DNA of 64,000 bases from an uncultured bacterium (GTDB taxonomy: Bacteria; Armatimonadota; HRBIN16), in the NCBI GenBank assembly GCA_964519405.1, contig CAZFLA010000001.1:29956-93955 (forward strand). Reading direction: 5' to 3'. Both the position numbers and the translations under genes were made by a program. This document shows, one piece after another, positions 48,181 through 58,057 of the stretch; positions within the stretch are counted from its first letter, which is position 1, and every line of letters starts with the position of its first letter. The notes beneath the pieces are model-generated. The model did no database searches and was not told where the DNA came from. It saw only the letters and a program-made list of their open reading frames with translations.

Positions 48181-49986
48181 CTACAGATCGTTGCTGCCTT
48201 GAGCCCCGAATTTAATGTCAATGATCATGTAATCAAAGAGGTTCACTAAGCCATCTCCATTGAGGTCGGTTGTCGTCGATGATTTTCCGAAGTTCATATC
48301 AAGCGACACTATATCGAACAGGTTTACTTTATTGTCGCCGTTTGCATCGCCGTTTGTGAGGTTGAAATTCGTAGACGTACTGCCATTACTCGTGTCAACA
48401 ATGGCTGTTGATGCTAAGTAGTGATCGCCCTTGACTCGCAGCTTGACAACACCCATCGGTACCCAGTCGATTTGATAATCGCCATTAAGGTGCCGCTTTA
48501 GCGGGAAAGAGATCCGGCTGCTGGCTCCATCGGTGTTAAGAAGTTGGGCTTGTGTGGGCATGTAACTGAGTTTGCCGAAATCCTCACCGAGGTTGATATT
48601 GCCAGATATGGAACAGGTCGTTGTGGTAGGTCTGCCAAATGCTTTTAGGCATACACTCAGGCTGGGATCTATACTTGTGGCGTCCTCCCAGACGATTCCG
48701 TCTGAACTAACATAAGTCTCACCAGCACTCGCTGAGGCTGCAGACGAGTAGCCGTCAATCGCCGTTTCAACAGGTATCGGGAACTGATAATCCGGTGTAG
48801 TGATTTTAAGTATCACAGCAAACTTTTGTCCGGCTGTTACAGATACTGGCTGCGTTAATGGTATCGTCACATACCCTGCGTAGCTGGTGATACCTGATGT
48901 TATTGCTGATACGTTATTGGTAAGCGGAGATGTGGTTGGATCGAGGCATACACTTACCTCATAAGAGCTGTCTGTTGATGCTGCATAGAATGATACTGCC
49001 TGTATCTGCTCTGCGGCTTCAGCAGTATATATGCATGCCGCATACCCTGTTGGCGATTCAAACCCAAATCCTTGTATCCAACCCAGGGGGTCATACTGGT
49101 AAATATGCTGGTAGTTCGTTATTGGCTCAAGAGCGCGATGGCATGCACCTTCGGTAAGGATGTTTGCATCGTAATAGCTGATCCAACAGAATCCGGACTG
49201 CCCCCACGAGGTTCCCCAACTGTTTTTAATTAGAAACGCGCCATCCCCGGGCGGATTGCCGCCCGCCGATGTGAAGTTCGTTCGGCTGAAGTTATCGTCC
49301 CATCCTACGATGCTGATTTCATGGTTTGAGTTGGTGGACGTCGGGCAATACATCGCTGCCGTTTGCCACGAGTAGTTGGCGTGGTCCCAAAATACAGCCG
49401 TCGTGATGGGGCCGTAAGACATGAGGCATTGTTTAATAAGGTCGTTATCGGTGGACGAGTCCCTTGGAGGAAATATGATTGTGTTTTGCATATGCCGATA
49501 TGTCGGCAAGGTACTGGGTGAAGTCAGCCGAATATCCGAGAATGGGTCGTCCGATTCTAGAACAGGGCCATCCCAACTGGCCATATAGGCTGTGGCCATA
49601 TATATGTTTCCACCGTCACCTATGGCGTAGTCGAACTTACTGCTATTGGCAAGATGAAGCTCCGATAGGTTGACTTGGGTAGCTGGCAGCAGGTTTCCCT
49701 CTGCTGACGAGATGGCGGCAAAGGCCCAACAATCTCCACTGCTTCCCTGGTTTTGCACAGCAGAACATCGGTTATATGTACGGAGATCGTAACTCGTGGG
49801 GTAGATATTGAGAGTTTTGATCTTCGCCGATGAGGGCATCCTAATCGGCGATGGGATTATGCCCTTGTGTTTTTCTCTTATGAACTGAGTAAACGCAGGA
49901 TTCAATGGAGCAAGCTGCTGCGCAGATACAGTGGCGGTGACAAATATCCCCGCTATTAGAATCAGGCAAAACCTATGTTTTGTCAT
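48181..49986 (-). CDS. Secreted papain-like (C1 family) cysteine peptidase with a C-terminal type-I dockerin. Start at MTKHRFCLIL, which has an AGAGG RBS.
   Basis: QGSSGDCWAFAA catalytic Cys, H in NHEISIVGWDD, NSWGTSWG. Two dockerin repeats DANGDNKVNLFD and DLNGDGLVNLFD. Confidence 0.85.
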   Translation of the reverse strand: MTKHRFCLILIAGIFVTATVSAQQLAPLNPAFTQFIREKHKGIIPSPIRMPSSAKIKTLNIYPTSYDLRTYNRCSAVQNQGSSGDCWAFAAISSAEGNLLPATQVNLSELHLANSSKFDYAIGDGGNIYMATAYMASWDGPVLESDDPFSDIRLTSPSTLPTYRHMQNTIIFPPRDSSTDNDLIKQCLMSYGPITTAVFWDHANYSWQTAAMYCPTSTNSNHEISIVGWDDNFSRTNFTSAGGNPPGDGAFLIKNSWGTSWGQSGFCWISYYDANILTEGACHRALEPITNYQHIYQYDPLGWIQGFGFESPTGYAACIYTAEAAEQIQAVSFYAASTDSSYEVSVCLDPTTSPLTNNVSAITSGITSYAGYVTIPLTQPVSVTAGQKFAVILKITTPDYQFPIPVETAIDGYSSAASASAGETYVSSDGIVWEDATSIDPSLSVCLKAFGRPTTTTCSISGNINLGEDFGKLSYMPTQAQLLNTDGASSRISFPLKRHLNGDYQIDWVPMGVVKLRVKGDHYLASTAIVDTSNGSTSTNFNLTNGDANGDNKVNLFDIVSLDMNFGKSSTTTDLNGDGLVNLFDYMIIDIKFGAQGSNDL

Positions 49987-50114
49987 CAGAACCTCTACAT
50001 GTGTTGGTATAATCAGCGACATCCGCTTCTTTGACAGCGGCCGCAACTTAAATGATACAGACTAAAGCATAGTTGTGGAAAATTACGAAGCTGCGGTGAT
50101 ATATCGTTGGTCAT

Positions 50115-52646
50115 CTATTCCTGTAGATAGAGCTTGACAGGACCGAAAAGGCCGCTCTGCTGTGATTCCTTCTCAAAATCGACCGCGCGCTTGTGGTATG
50201 TTCCGCGTTGTGCATCTGTATAGCGATCAAGCTCATGACTGTTTACATATTGGTTCGCAAGAGTGTTTGACACCACAACCTGCAGTGTGTTCACACCATA
50301 GTGCAGCTTTCCTGTTACATCAAACGCCCAGGGCTGCCATAGCCGTTCACCAAGCTCATGTCCATTCAAACGAACTTGGCATGCATACTTCACATCCCCT
50401 AAATCAAGTAAAATCGGCTTACCGACGGTATCGCTGTTTACCGTGAACTGAAGGGAGTATTCCACATCGCCGGAAAACTCATTGCCAATTAAGCTGCGCC
50501 AGTCGCCTAACTCGATGGCTCTGTTGCGGGTATTGACGATATCTGTTATCTCGTAATCCGCACGTCCTAAAGAGTAGGAGCGAATGGCTTGTGCACGCCA
50601 ACCTGAGCTTAAATCCGCGATCTCATGGGTGCGTTTACGAAGCGGCTGCTGCAGATGCAGCGGTGACTTAGTGAAGAGCACGGCACAGGATCCCGCAAAG
50701 GGCAACTCTATCTGCATGTGCCAGTGTCCCGATGTGTAGCGAGGATTCTGAGGTACATGGCATAACCCAGTTTCTAGGTCAAGAATGACTATAGTCTGCT
50801 TCTCAGCAAAATCGAGTGTGGCTGAGATTGGTTTGGTGTCTTCGTTGGTCACCAGGTAAAGACGGCCGTTTGACAACTGCCTGCTGCAGACTCGCAGTTT
50901 CGTGTTGCTAGGCTCAACTGTGACACACGGGGTTAGCAATTTCGTGAAGGCTGATGGCGAAGCAGACTTACTGCCCGTAATAGGTGATGGCGTATTCGTA
51001 TCGTCAATCCAAATCACGTTGCCGCCGTATTTGGCAAATCGGGTTAGCTTCGCTAACGCCTCTGGTTTCATCCAGCTGCATTTGGGCACAACAACCGATG
51101 TGTAGCTCATTGCACCGGCCTTAAGTTCGCCTTTCACAATGTGAGTGGTCTGTTCCATTAGTAGGTCATCGTCGATGACGTCAAAGTCGCATTGCGCTTC
51201 AAGCATCTTTACTGCAATGTCATCCGTGAGTTGGTTTGACTGCGCGTTAGCCCAGAGGTCGCGGAATGGTACATAGAGGGCCGTCGAAATACGCGGTCGC
51301 CCAAGTGACATCAAGTAGCTGGCTCTGGTGACATAGTTGTAAAATCCGCCTAGCCGCTTCCATAACGGGTCACCAGGGCCGAATATCGGTCTTTCCCCAG
51401 CCTGAAAGAACTCTTTAGTGGAGTATTGATAACCTCCAAACACAAACGAGTTTATACCACGCACATACTGGTAGTTTATGACCCATTTCATCTCTTCTGG
51501 CGTTAGTCCATTGCCATATACGCAAAATGATTCGGAGCAGATCCGCGTTTTGCCTTGCTGATGGGCGGGGCTGGTGGCAAATTTCGGGAAGTAGCTGGTG
51601 GCACAGCCAGGAAAAATCTGCCGCCAGATGACGTCAATGGCTGGAATGTCCATTTTGCGGAATTGCCGCAGCGGATTCTTGTTGTAGGCTGCGTGATTTG
51701 CCAGTGATTCGTCGTTTTCCAGATGACATAAAAACTGCGTGTTGTGTTTATGACACCATTCTTGAGTGACACCAAAGTAGGTATCTGTCCAACGCTGGGA
51801 TATATAATCAGCGTAATCAATTCGGGTTTGTTGGTCTAGGGGAGTATCACCCATAAACAGTGCGTATAACCGTGTGCAGATATCATAGCCATACTTGCGC
51901 TGGAAATCCTCGGCAAAGTCGTCGCTCCAGGCTCTGTTAAGTATTTTTGGCTCATCGCTGAAGACCGCAGAAACCACCTGTAAGAAATACTCGCCAAAAG
52001 CGGCGTAGTATTTGTTGTGAGTCATGTCGATGAACTGCTGTGTCGCCTTTGGATTCAAAAGATCGGTATATGATGAGGCCTTATCTATGTTGTAGATCAA
52101 GACTTTTGCATGGTCGGATTTTGCCGTGTAGCTTGATCCCACCTTAAGTTGCATCATTTGCTGATCATCTTCGGACACGAAGGCACAGAGTGCGGTTTTG
52201 GGTATGGTTACCGTATCCGCTTTAGCGGGGTTCAGCTCACTTTGGTTGATAACCTGCGCCCTGAACTGCGGATATTTAGCGGGAAGGCTCCAACACACCA
52301 TGCCGGATGGCCAGCCGCCTTCATCATACAGCCAAACATCGGCACCTGATGTCTCTGCTTGTTCAACCATATACCGGTACAACATCATATAGTCATGGCT
52401 CAGATATTCGGGTGATAGGCGGGTGATCATACTAGTCGGTCGGAACTCTTTCGGCTCTGGTATGGGCATCAGTGTACAGCCACCATGATGACTCATGTCG
52501 GCAACCTGTTTACGGAGATCTTCTTTCGTGAGCGTGTCGTTCCATACCCACATCCATGCCGGACCAAATGCAGGGTCGCTGTTGTCAGCGAACAACTCTT
52601 GCTTGAATCCGCGTAATGCGCTGCTTGTCAGCTTTTGATGTGCCAT
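50115..52646 (-). CDS. Large cytoplasmic glycoside-hydrolase-like protein of uncertain family (TIM barrel plus a C-terminal jelly-roll, GH2/GH106-like)
   Basis: 843 aa. The C-terminal VRLNGHELGE...NTLQVVVSN resembles the sugar-binding beta-sandwich of GH2/GH106 enzymes. No signal peptide. Confidence 0.45.
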   Translation of the reverse strand: MAHQKLTSSALRGFKQELFADNSDPAFGPAWMWVWNDTLTKEDLRKQVADMSHHGGCTLMPIPEPKEFRPTSMITRLSPEYLSHDYMMLYRYMVEQAETSGADVWLYDEGGWPSGMVCWSLPAKYPQFRAQVINQSELNPAKADTVTIPKTALCAFVSEDDQQMMQLKVGSSYTAKSDHAKVLIYNIDKASSYTDLLNPKATQQFIDMTHNKYYAAFGEYFLQVVSAVFSDEPKILNRAWSDDFAEDFQRKYGYDICTRLYALFMGDTPLDQQTRIDYADYISQRWTDTYFGVTQEWCHKHNTQFLCHLENDESLANHAAYNKNPLRQFRKMDIPAIDVIWRQIFPGCATSYFPKFATSPAHQQGKTRICSESFCVYGNGLTPEEMKWVINYQYVRGINSFVFGGYQYSTKEFFQAGERPIFGPGDPLWKRLGGFYNYVTRASYLMSLGRPRISTALYVPFRDLWANAQSNQLTDDIAVKMLEAQCDFDVIDDDLLMEQTTHIVKGELKAGAMSYTSVVVPKCSWMKPEALAKLTRFAKYGGNVIWIDDTNTPSPITGSKSASPSAFTKLLTPCVTVEPSNTKLRVCSRQLSNGRLYLVTNEDTKPISATLDFAEKQTIVILDLETGLCHVPQNPRYTSGHWHMQIELPFAGSCAVLFTKSPLHLQQPLRKRTHEIADLSSGWRAQAIRSYSLGRADYEITDIVNTRNRAIELGDWRSLIGNEFSGDVEYSLQFTVNSDTVGKPILLDLGDVKYACQVRLNGHELGERLWQPWAFDVTGKLHYGVNTLQVVVSNTLANQYVNSHELDRYTDAQRGTYHKRAVDFEKESQQSGLFGPVKLYLQE

Positions 52647-52722
52647 GGTCGATCACCCCGTTCTGCTGTGAATATACAGTGATAGCGAGTTACTTACCTC
52701 ACAGTATAAGCCACATGAAGTG

Positions 52723-53703
52723 TTAGTCGATAATGGCATGTACATGGTGTGCGAATTCCGATTCCAAGTCGCATATCTGCATCAAAAGCTCACAGTATGG
52801 CCGCAGCTTTTGACGGTCGTTAATGAGCTCCCCCGCGGAGAAATCTTGAGGTATACATACACCCATTTGCTTGCACACTGCCGAAATGCGGGCATAGATA
52901 TCTGCTAAATTCGGTAAACCTGCTTGGCTTAGGTATGGGACCGCATACTGCTTATCGATGTATTGCTTGTAGTTGCACATCACATTAAGGTAAGGTTCCA
53001 TGCAATCGACCCACTCGCGGTGCTGCAGGGCATCTGCAAACGCTCGATGTGAGCACAAGCCGTTATACTGACCATCTGAGAGGCACTCTGACTCGATGAG
53101 CATTAAGGCTAACTTCAAGGTGTTGCGTAATGCGTCCTCGCGGTTTGGGGCGGCTGACTGCTCGCCGATGACGACGATGTGCAGTTGGCTGCCGCGAGCG
53201 CTAAAGCCTTCATGCCAGTGTGATTTTCGGAAATAACCGGTGATGTCATGGGGCTCGTTGTGGTCATCGGGGATGTTCATGAATGGACTATAGCCCAGCA
53301 AAACATCGCCATGCTCATCGTAACCAGAGAGCACGCATGCTTCCGAACAGTTCACTATGCCTTCGAGGGTGATGACCGCTCGGCCTGCGTCGATGTTGTT
53401 CACAATGAGCGCTTTATCGTGGGCGAAATCCCCGCGTTTATAAACCTCAGCATGATAACCGAGCATGTCAAATGTGTGCTTCACGATTATCGGTGTATGG
53501 ATGACGTGATAGTTGCCGTGGTTCCAGCCTTCAGTGCTGAATGACGTGCGGAAAGCACTCCCTGAGATGGCACATAGATGATCGTAATCGGGTTTGCTGC
53601 CTCTCGGCTCCATCGCGGAGATGACACAGTTCAGGAACTCGTTTTGACGCTGCGGATCCGCCCAATCCACTTTGCGAAGCCCCATGATGACATTGCGTTT
53701 CAT
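52723..53703 (-). CDS. Hypothetical protein, third gene of the unknown three-gene operon (possible papain-like/BtrH_N-like fold)
   Basis: 326 aa. The Cys/His pattern DHLCAISGSAF...WNHGNYHVIH faintly suggests a papain-like fold. ATGA overlap with the upstream gene. Confidence 0.45.
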   Translation of the reverse strand: MKRNVIMGLRKVDWADPQRQNEFLNCVISAMEPRGSKPDYDHLCAISGSAFRTSFSTEGWNHGNYHVIHTPIIVKHTFDMLGYHAEVYKRGDFAHDKALIVNNIDAGRAVITLEGIVNCSEACVLSGYDEHGDVLLGYSPFMNIPDDHNEPHDITGYFRKSHWHEGFSARGSQLHIVVIGEQSAAPNREDALRNTLKLALMLIESECLSDGQYNGLCSHRAFADALQHREWVDCMEPYLNVMCNYKQYIDKQYAVPYLSQAGLPNLADIYARISAVCKQMGVCIPQDFSAGELINDRQKLRPYCELLMQICDLESEFAHHVHAIID

Positions 53704-54800
53704 GATCTGTGTTCTCCGATTGTTGCGTCGATGTATTTAAGGAAGGCGATGAGTTGGTCGACCAGTTCATCATCTATTGCACGCCACCGATGTTGAAATC
53801 CAGGGAACAGCGGGCAGATGTTGTGAGTGGTGTGGTTGAACTGCACAGGGACATAGGCTTTGGGTCTCATGCCCGTTTTGTCGGTTAGTATGCAGTAGTT
53901 ACAATCGTCGCACTTTTTCGATTGCTTCACGACATACTGCAGGACACAGGGTGATGCAGTATCAATGCCCGCAAGAAGTTTAGCGAAATAGGGAATGCGT
54001 AATCCAATATGCAGCTGATTACGGCGGATTTCCTCCCAACCAAACTCAATCCCGCTGTGGGTGCGTTCGGCCCACGCTGACTTCACCGCGGAATCGATGG
54101 AGCCGTGCTCCTTAACAAAATCCAATGAGATTTTGCCGTCACGGTTATCTATCTGTGTGTAGTATGACTTTGTGAGGTAGTCAAGCAGCTTGTCATATGG
54201 GCCATTGTTGCCGACAAGTGATCTGAAGATATCGATGGCGTAAGGGGATGTATTGTCGAACACCCCTCGAGAAAACTGAAGGATGGGATACCTATCCGAC
54301 TGCGCCGACAACTTCGCGAGATACATCAGTGCTAGCGCTGTGTCGTGATCGATGTTCAGATGGGTGTTTGACGCAGTCGCGTGGCACGGTATGCCGAGGT
54401 CGTTCAAGTGTTTAGTAGTTGATGTTTTGATGGGGTGTATCTGCTTAGGCAACTTGATGGTGTCGCCAAATAACTCGCCGTCAAGGCAGAAATGATAGAG
54501 GTGCCCAATGAACTCGTCAACCTTTTTGTTGATGCCTCGCATCTTCGGTGCCAGCATCGGTTTGTTCTTTTGCGGCTCGTAGTTATCAAAGCTGTCATCA
54601 GACTCTATCTTGAGACCAAGCAGCTGCGGGCTGTCATACAAGCGTTTGTAAATGTTGTATATGAATTGGTGTGCTTCTCGTTGATGATCCTCACTCACAT
54701 GGCCGTTCTTATGTGGATAGAATGGGGCATATGTGGCGAGATAATAATAAATCATTCGCTGCGGCAGGTTAGCAAAACTAGAGCCTATTTTTGAATCCAT
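53700..54800 (-). CDS. Hypothetical protein with a C-terminal cysteine cluster, second gene of the unknown operon
   Basis: 366 aa. GAGGA RBS. C-terminal ...C-x11-C-x2-C-x2-C...C-P arrangement. No known domain. Confidence 0.45.
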   Translation of the reverse strand: MDSKIGSSFANLPQRMIYYYLATYAPFYPHKNGHVSEDHQREAHQFIYNIYKRLYDSPQLLGLKIESDDSFDNYEPQKNKPMLAPKMRGINKKVDEFIGHLYHFCLDGELFGDTIKLPKQIHPIKTSTTKHLNDLGIPCHATASNTHLNIDHDTALALMYLAKLSAQSDRYPILQFSRGVFDNTSPYAIDIFRSLVGNNGPYDKLLDYLTKSYYTQIDNRDGKISLDFVKEHGSIDSAVKSAWAERTHSGIEFGWEEIRRNQLHIGLRIPYFAKLLAGIDTASPCVLQYVVKQSKKCDDCNYCILTDKTGMRPKAYVPVQFNHTTHNICPLFPGFQHRWRAIDDELVDQLIAFLKYIDATIGEHRS

Positions 54801-54834
54801 ATTAAATCCTCATGCAAGTTGAACATACAAAAGA

Positions 54835-55536
54835 CTATATGTCATCTGGGAGAGCGGCATCATCGACCCACTCATAGTTGAAAGCCATCTTGTTGGTCTG
54901 TTTCTCAATTAACCAACTCAATATCTTGAGTTCCTCACTGTGATCTACCACAGCCGACGGAATTACGCCCGTGGCGATGTGCCGTGACTGCTCTTTTATG
55001 CGCTTCTTAAGCGCGGTGCCGTAACATTTTGCCATCACGATGAGGTGTGTGGCATCGTGTTTGGCGGCATAGAAGGAGATTGTACCGTGTGGCTTTTCAA
55101 ACTGCGGCCACATGGCTCTATCTAGTTGAGCTGGCACACACGAGCTCTCAGCCAACACTGCGAGGCAACGGTCGGCATCGTCGACTTTCGCTATACAGGC
55201 ATACTGGATAAAATCGCAGTTGATGCCATTATATGCGGGGAATTCGCTCATCACTTCCTGGCCAAACAATAGCTGATACTGAGCGTATAATACGTCAGCG
55301 AACTCCGAGTATTCACACGCCAGCTTGCGGTAGTCCACATGTGTATATAGAAACCAGATGCGGCCCAGCTGATTGTATTCGATGCTGAACATGTGAATCT
55401 TGGTGATGGCTGAATCTGGGTATTCCACATAATTGTCACCAATTGCGATATTCGAGGTCTTCAACCTCACTATGTTAGCGATCCGATGGTATGTGCTCTC
55501 GGAAAGATAATGAAGCAACCGTAGCTTGATGATCAT
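54835..55536 (-). CDS. Hypothetical protein, first gene of the unknown operon. Start moved to MIIKLRLL, which has a GGAGA RBS.
   Basis: About 233 aa. No recognisable domain. Confidence 0.4.
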   Translation of the reverse strand: MIIKLRLLHYLSESTYHRIANIVRLKTSNIAIGDNYVEYPDSAITKIHMFSIEYNQLGRIWFLYTHVDYRKLACEYSEFADVLYAQYQLLFGQEVMSEFPAYNGINCDFIQYACIAKVDDADRCLAVLAESSCVPAQLDRAMWPQFEKPHGTISFYAAKHDATHLIVMAKCYGTALKKRIKEQSRHIATGVIPSAVVDHSEELKILSWLIEKQTNKMAFNYEWVDDAALPDDI

Positions 55537-55625
55537 TTGCAATCTCCACATGAAGCAATGCTGTCATTCAAATATCGGGAAGGTATTACCCTAAGATTTA
55601 CAGAAAACACTCTTAAGCGAATGCC

Positions 55626-55691
55626 TTATGCTTACACGATAATAAGCATAACACAAGTATACACTATTGCACTGTAAAAATATACACTATT
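55626..55691. promoter_or_regulatory. Repeat-rich putative operator region in the argJ / unknown-operon divergent intergenic
   Basis: Inverted repeat TTATGCTTA-n8-TAAGCATAA, then two direct copies of TATACACTATT 23 bp apart, inside a 258-bp AT-rich intergenic. Confidence 0.3.
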
Positions 55692-55809
55692 ATGGTTTAG
55701 GCTAAAGATATCTTCAGCTGATGCAGTTACAGTGATGAGTAGTATATTGGTGCAGCACAACCTCATCTGCGATACACTTTAATCTAGTAAGACGACGAGA
55801 TGAATAGGA

Positions 55810-57015
55810 ATGAATCCCATGACATATGATTGGATAGATGGAGCTGTCACCGCACCTAAGGGGTTTTCGGCTTGTGGTGTGAGGTGCGGCCTCAAAAAAG
55901 CAGGACCAGACTTGGCCCTGATCTATAGTGAAATGCCAGACACGGTTGTTGCTGGCGTATTTACGCAGAACCAGGCGTGTGCCGCATCGGTTCGGTATAG
56001 CCGCATGGTGGTTGATGGCGGCAAAGCGCAGGCCATCGTGGCGAATGCAGGGAATGCTAATGCGCTGACTGGTGAACAAGGATTTGTCGCCAATGCGGCC
56101 ATGGCGCAGAGAGCAGCCGAGCTTCTTGGCATTAACCCGCGTGAAGTCATCACTGCGAGCACCGGTGTTACCGGTCAGCAGCTTCAGCTTGACCTCATCA
56201 AGAACGGTCTTGATGCCGCAGTGCCGGCACTCAGTGAAACCGGCGGAAATGATGCCGCTGAGGCCATCCGAACTACCGACACATATCCCAAGCGTGAAGC
56301 CATTGTCATGCACTTGCCTGAAGGCGATGTGCGGATTGGCGCCATATGCAAGGGTTCTGGTATGATTGCCCCCAATATGGCAACTATGCTGTGTTTCATC
56401 ACCACCGACGCTGTGATATCTGCCTCACGGCTTCAGCAGTGCCTGCGCGATGCGGTGGAAAGAAGTTTCAACTGCGTAACGGTTGACGCCGACACAAGCA
56501 CGAATGACTCGTTGGTGGTGTTAGCTAATGGTGCCAGCGGAGTAGATATCAACCGCTATATGAACGAGTTTCAACTGGTGTTGGAAGCGCTGTGTGTAAA
56601 ACTTGCCCGACAGATGGCGGGTGATGGAGAAGGCGCAACCAAGCTGGTGGAGATTACCATGCTTGGAGCTCGGACATATGCCGAAGCACGATCAATTGGT
56701 AAAACCATCGGCGAATCGATGTTGGTCAAAACGGCGCTGTTTGGTAATGATCCTAACTGGGGACGCATCCTTGCAGCAGCAGGACGAAGCGGTATCGAGA
56801 TTGATATCGATAGAGTGGCCATATCTATCGCTGGAACACAGGTCTGTGCGAATGGTCAGCCAGTCGTGTTTGATGCGCCGAGTGTGAGCGAATCGATGAA
56901 AGGCAAAGAATTGCCCATCGTAGTTGATCTTGGACTGGGTACTGAGAGCTGCACGATATGGACATGCGACTTGAGCTACGACTACGTGCGCATAAACGCT
57001 GAGTATCACACCTAG
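55810..57015 (+). CDS. argJ: Bifunctional glutamate N-acetyltransferase / amino-acid acetyltransferase ArgJ
   Basis: ATMLCFITTDA self-cleavage site region (Thr nucleophile). C-terminus TCDLSYDYVRINAEY. Confidence 0.9.
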   Translation: MNPMTYDWIDGAVTAPKGFSACGVRCGLKKAGPDLALIYSEMPDTVVAGVFTQNQACAASVRYSRMVVDGGKAQAIVANAGNANALTGEQGFVANAAMAQRAAELLGINPREVITASTGVTGQQLQLDLIKNGLDAAVPALSETGGNDAAEAIRTTDTYPKREAIVMHLPEGDVRIGAICKGSGMIAPNMATMLCFITTDAVISASRLQQCLRDAVERSFNCVTVDADTSTNDSLVVLANGASGVDINRYMNEFQLVLEALCVKLARQMAGDGEGATKLVEITMLGARTYAEARSIGKTIGESMLVKTALFGNDPNWGRILAAAGRSGIEIDIDRVAISIAGTQVCANGQPVVFDAPSVSESMKGKELPIVVDLGLGTESCTIWTCDLSYDYVRINAEYHT

Positions 57016-57066
57016 TATAGTAATTGTAAGTAAAAGCTGAACGACACTCATAGGAGGTTGTTATCA

Positions 57067-57981
57067 ATGAAGGTTACCAAGGTAGAATACGCCGGTTGGA
57101 AAAACTGCCTGCGTATGGCGAACGATGAAGTTGAGTTGATTGTGACAACGGACGTTGGCCCGCGCGTGATCCATTTCGGATTCATCGGCGGTGATAATGA
57201 GTTCAAGTTATTCGATGATACTAAGGGCAAATCAGGCGGAGATAGCTGGAACAGTTATGGCGGTCACCGATTGTGGCATGCTCCTGAGATCAACCCACGC
57301 ACATATTTCCCTGACAATACTCCTGTCGAGTGGAAGGTAGAGGACAATGTGCTGCACGTAATGCAGCCAGTCGAGCCTACTACTGGTATCCGAAAAGAGA
57401 TGCTGATCTCGCTGGATGATAAGCAGAATAAGGTGGTCATCGGACATCTGCTGACAAATACCAATATGTGGGCTATACAGTTTGCACCTTGGGCGATTTC
57501 GGTGATGGCACCTGGTGGCACCTGCATCTGGCCTCAAGAAGATTACGCTCCACAGCCAACATCGCTGCTGCCTGCCCGTCCATTGGTTCTGTGGACATAT
57601 ACCGATCTGAGCGATTCTCGATGGACGCTTGGCGCCAAGTTTATTAGGCTGCATCAAGACGTGAAGCTTAAAGAACCGCAGAAAGCTGGTATCCTCAACA
57701 CCAAGAGTTGGGCAGCGTATGCCAATGGCGGACGCCTGTTTGTTAAGAGCTTCCCATATGTGGCTGATGAGACATATCCAGATATGGGCTGTAACTGCGA
57801 AGCCTTTACTAACGACGAAATGCTTGAAGTGGAAAGTGTTGGTGGATTGGTTACCGTTCAGCCAGGACAGTCGGAGTTCCACCCAGAGACATGGCTGCTG
57901 TGCAAGGGCTTCACACTTCCCGAAAGCGATGACGATCTAGAAAAAGCGATCGCTCCGATTGTTAAGTCACTGCAAGATTAA
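57067..57981 (+). CDS. Hypothetical protein (possibly galactose-mutarotase-like fold). Start at MKVTKVEY, which has an AGGAGG RBS.
   Basis: Beta-rich, about 305 aa. Its context in the sugar-utilisation cluster is suggestive only. Confidence 0.45.
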   Translation: MKVTKVEYAGWKNCLRMANDEVELIVTTDVGPRVIHFGFIGGDNEFKLFDDTKGKSGGDSWNSYGGHRLWHAPEINPRTYFPDNTPVEWKVEDNVLHVMQPVEPTTGIRKEMLISLDDKQNKVVIGHLLTNTNMWAIQFAPWAISVMAPGGTCIWPQEDYAPQPTSLLPARPLVLWTYTDLSDSRWTLGAKFIRLHQDVKLKEPQKAGILNTKSWAAYANGGRLFVKSFPYVADETYPDMGCNCEAFTNDEMLEVESVGGLVTVQPGQSEFHPETWLLCKGFTLPESDDDLEKAIAPIVKSLQD

Positions 57982-58001
57982 GTTAAGTCAGTAAGCAACA
58001 T

Positions 58002-58026
58002 AGGCATCCTTCGGGATGCCTTTTTA
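58002..58026 (+). terminator. Rho-independent terminator
   Basis: AGGCATCC-ttcg-GGATGCCT followed by TTTTT. Confidence 0.7.
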
Positions 58027-58057
58027 GTATAAATCGTGTTGATGAGGAGTTCATAAA

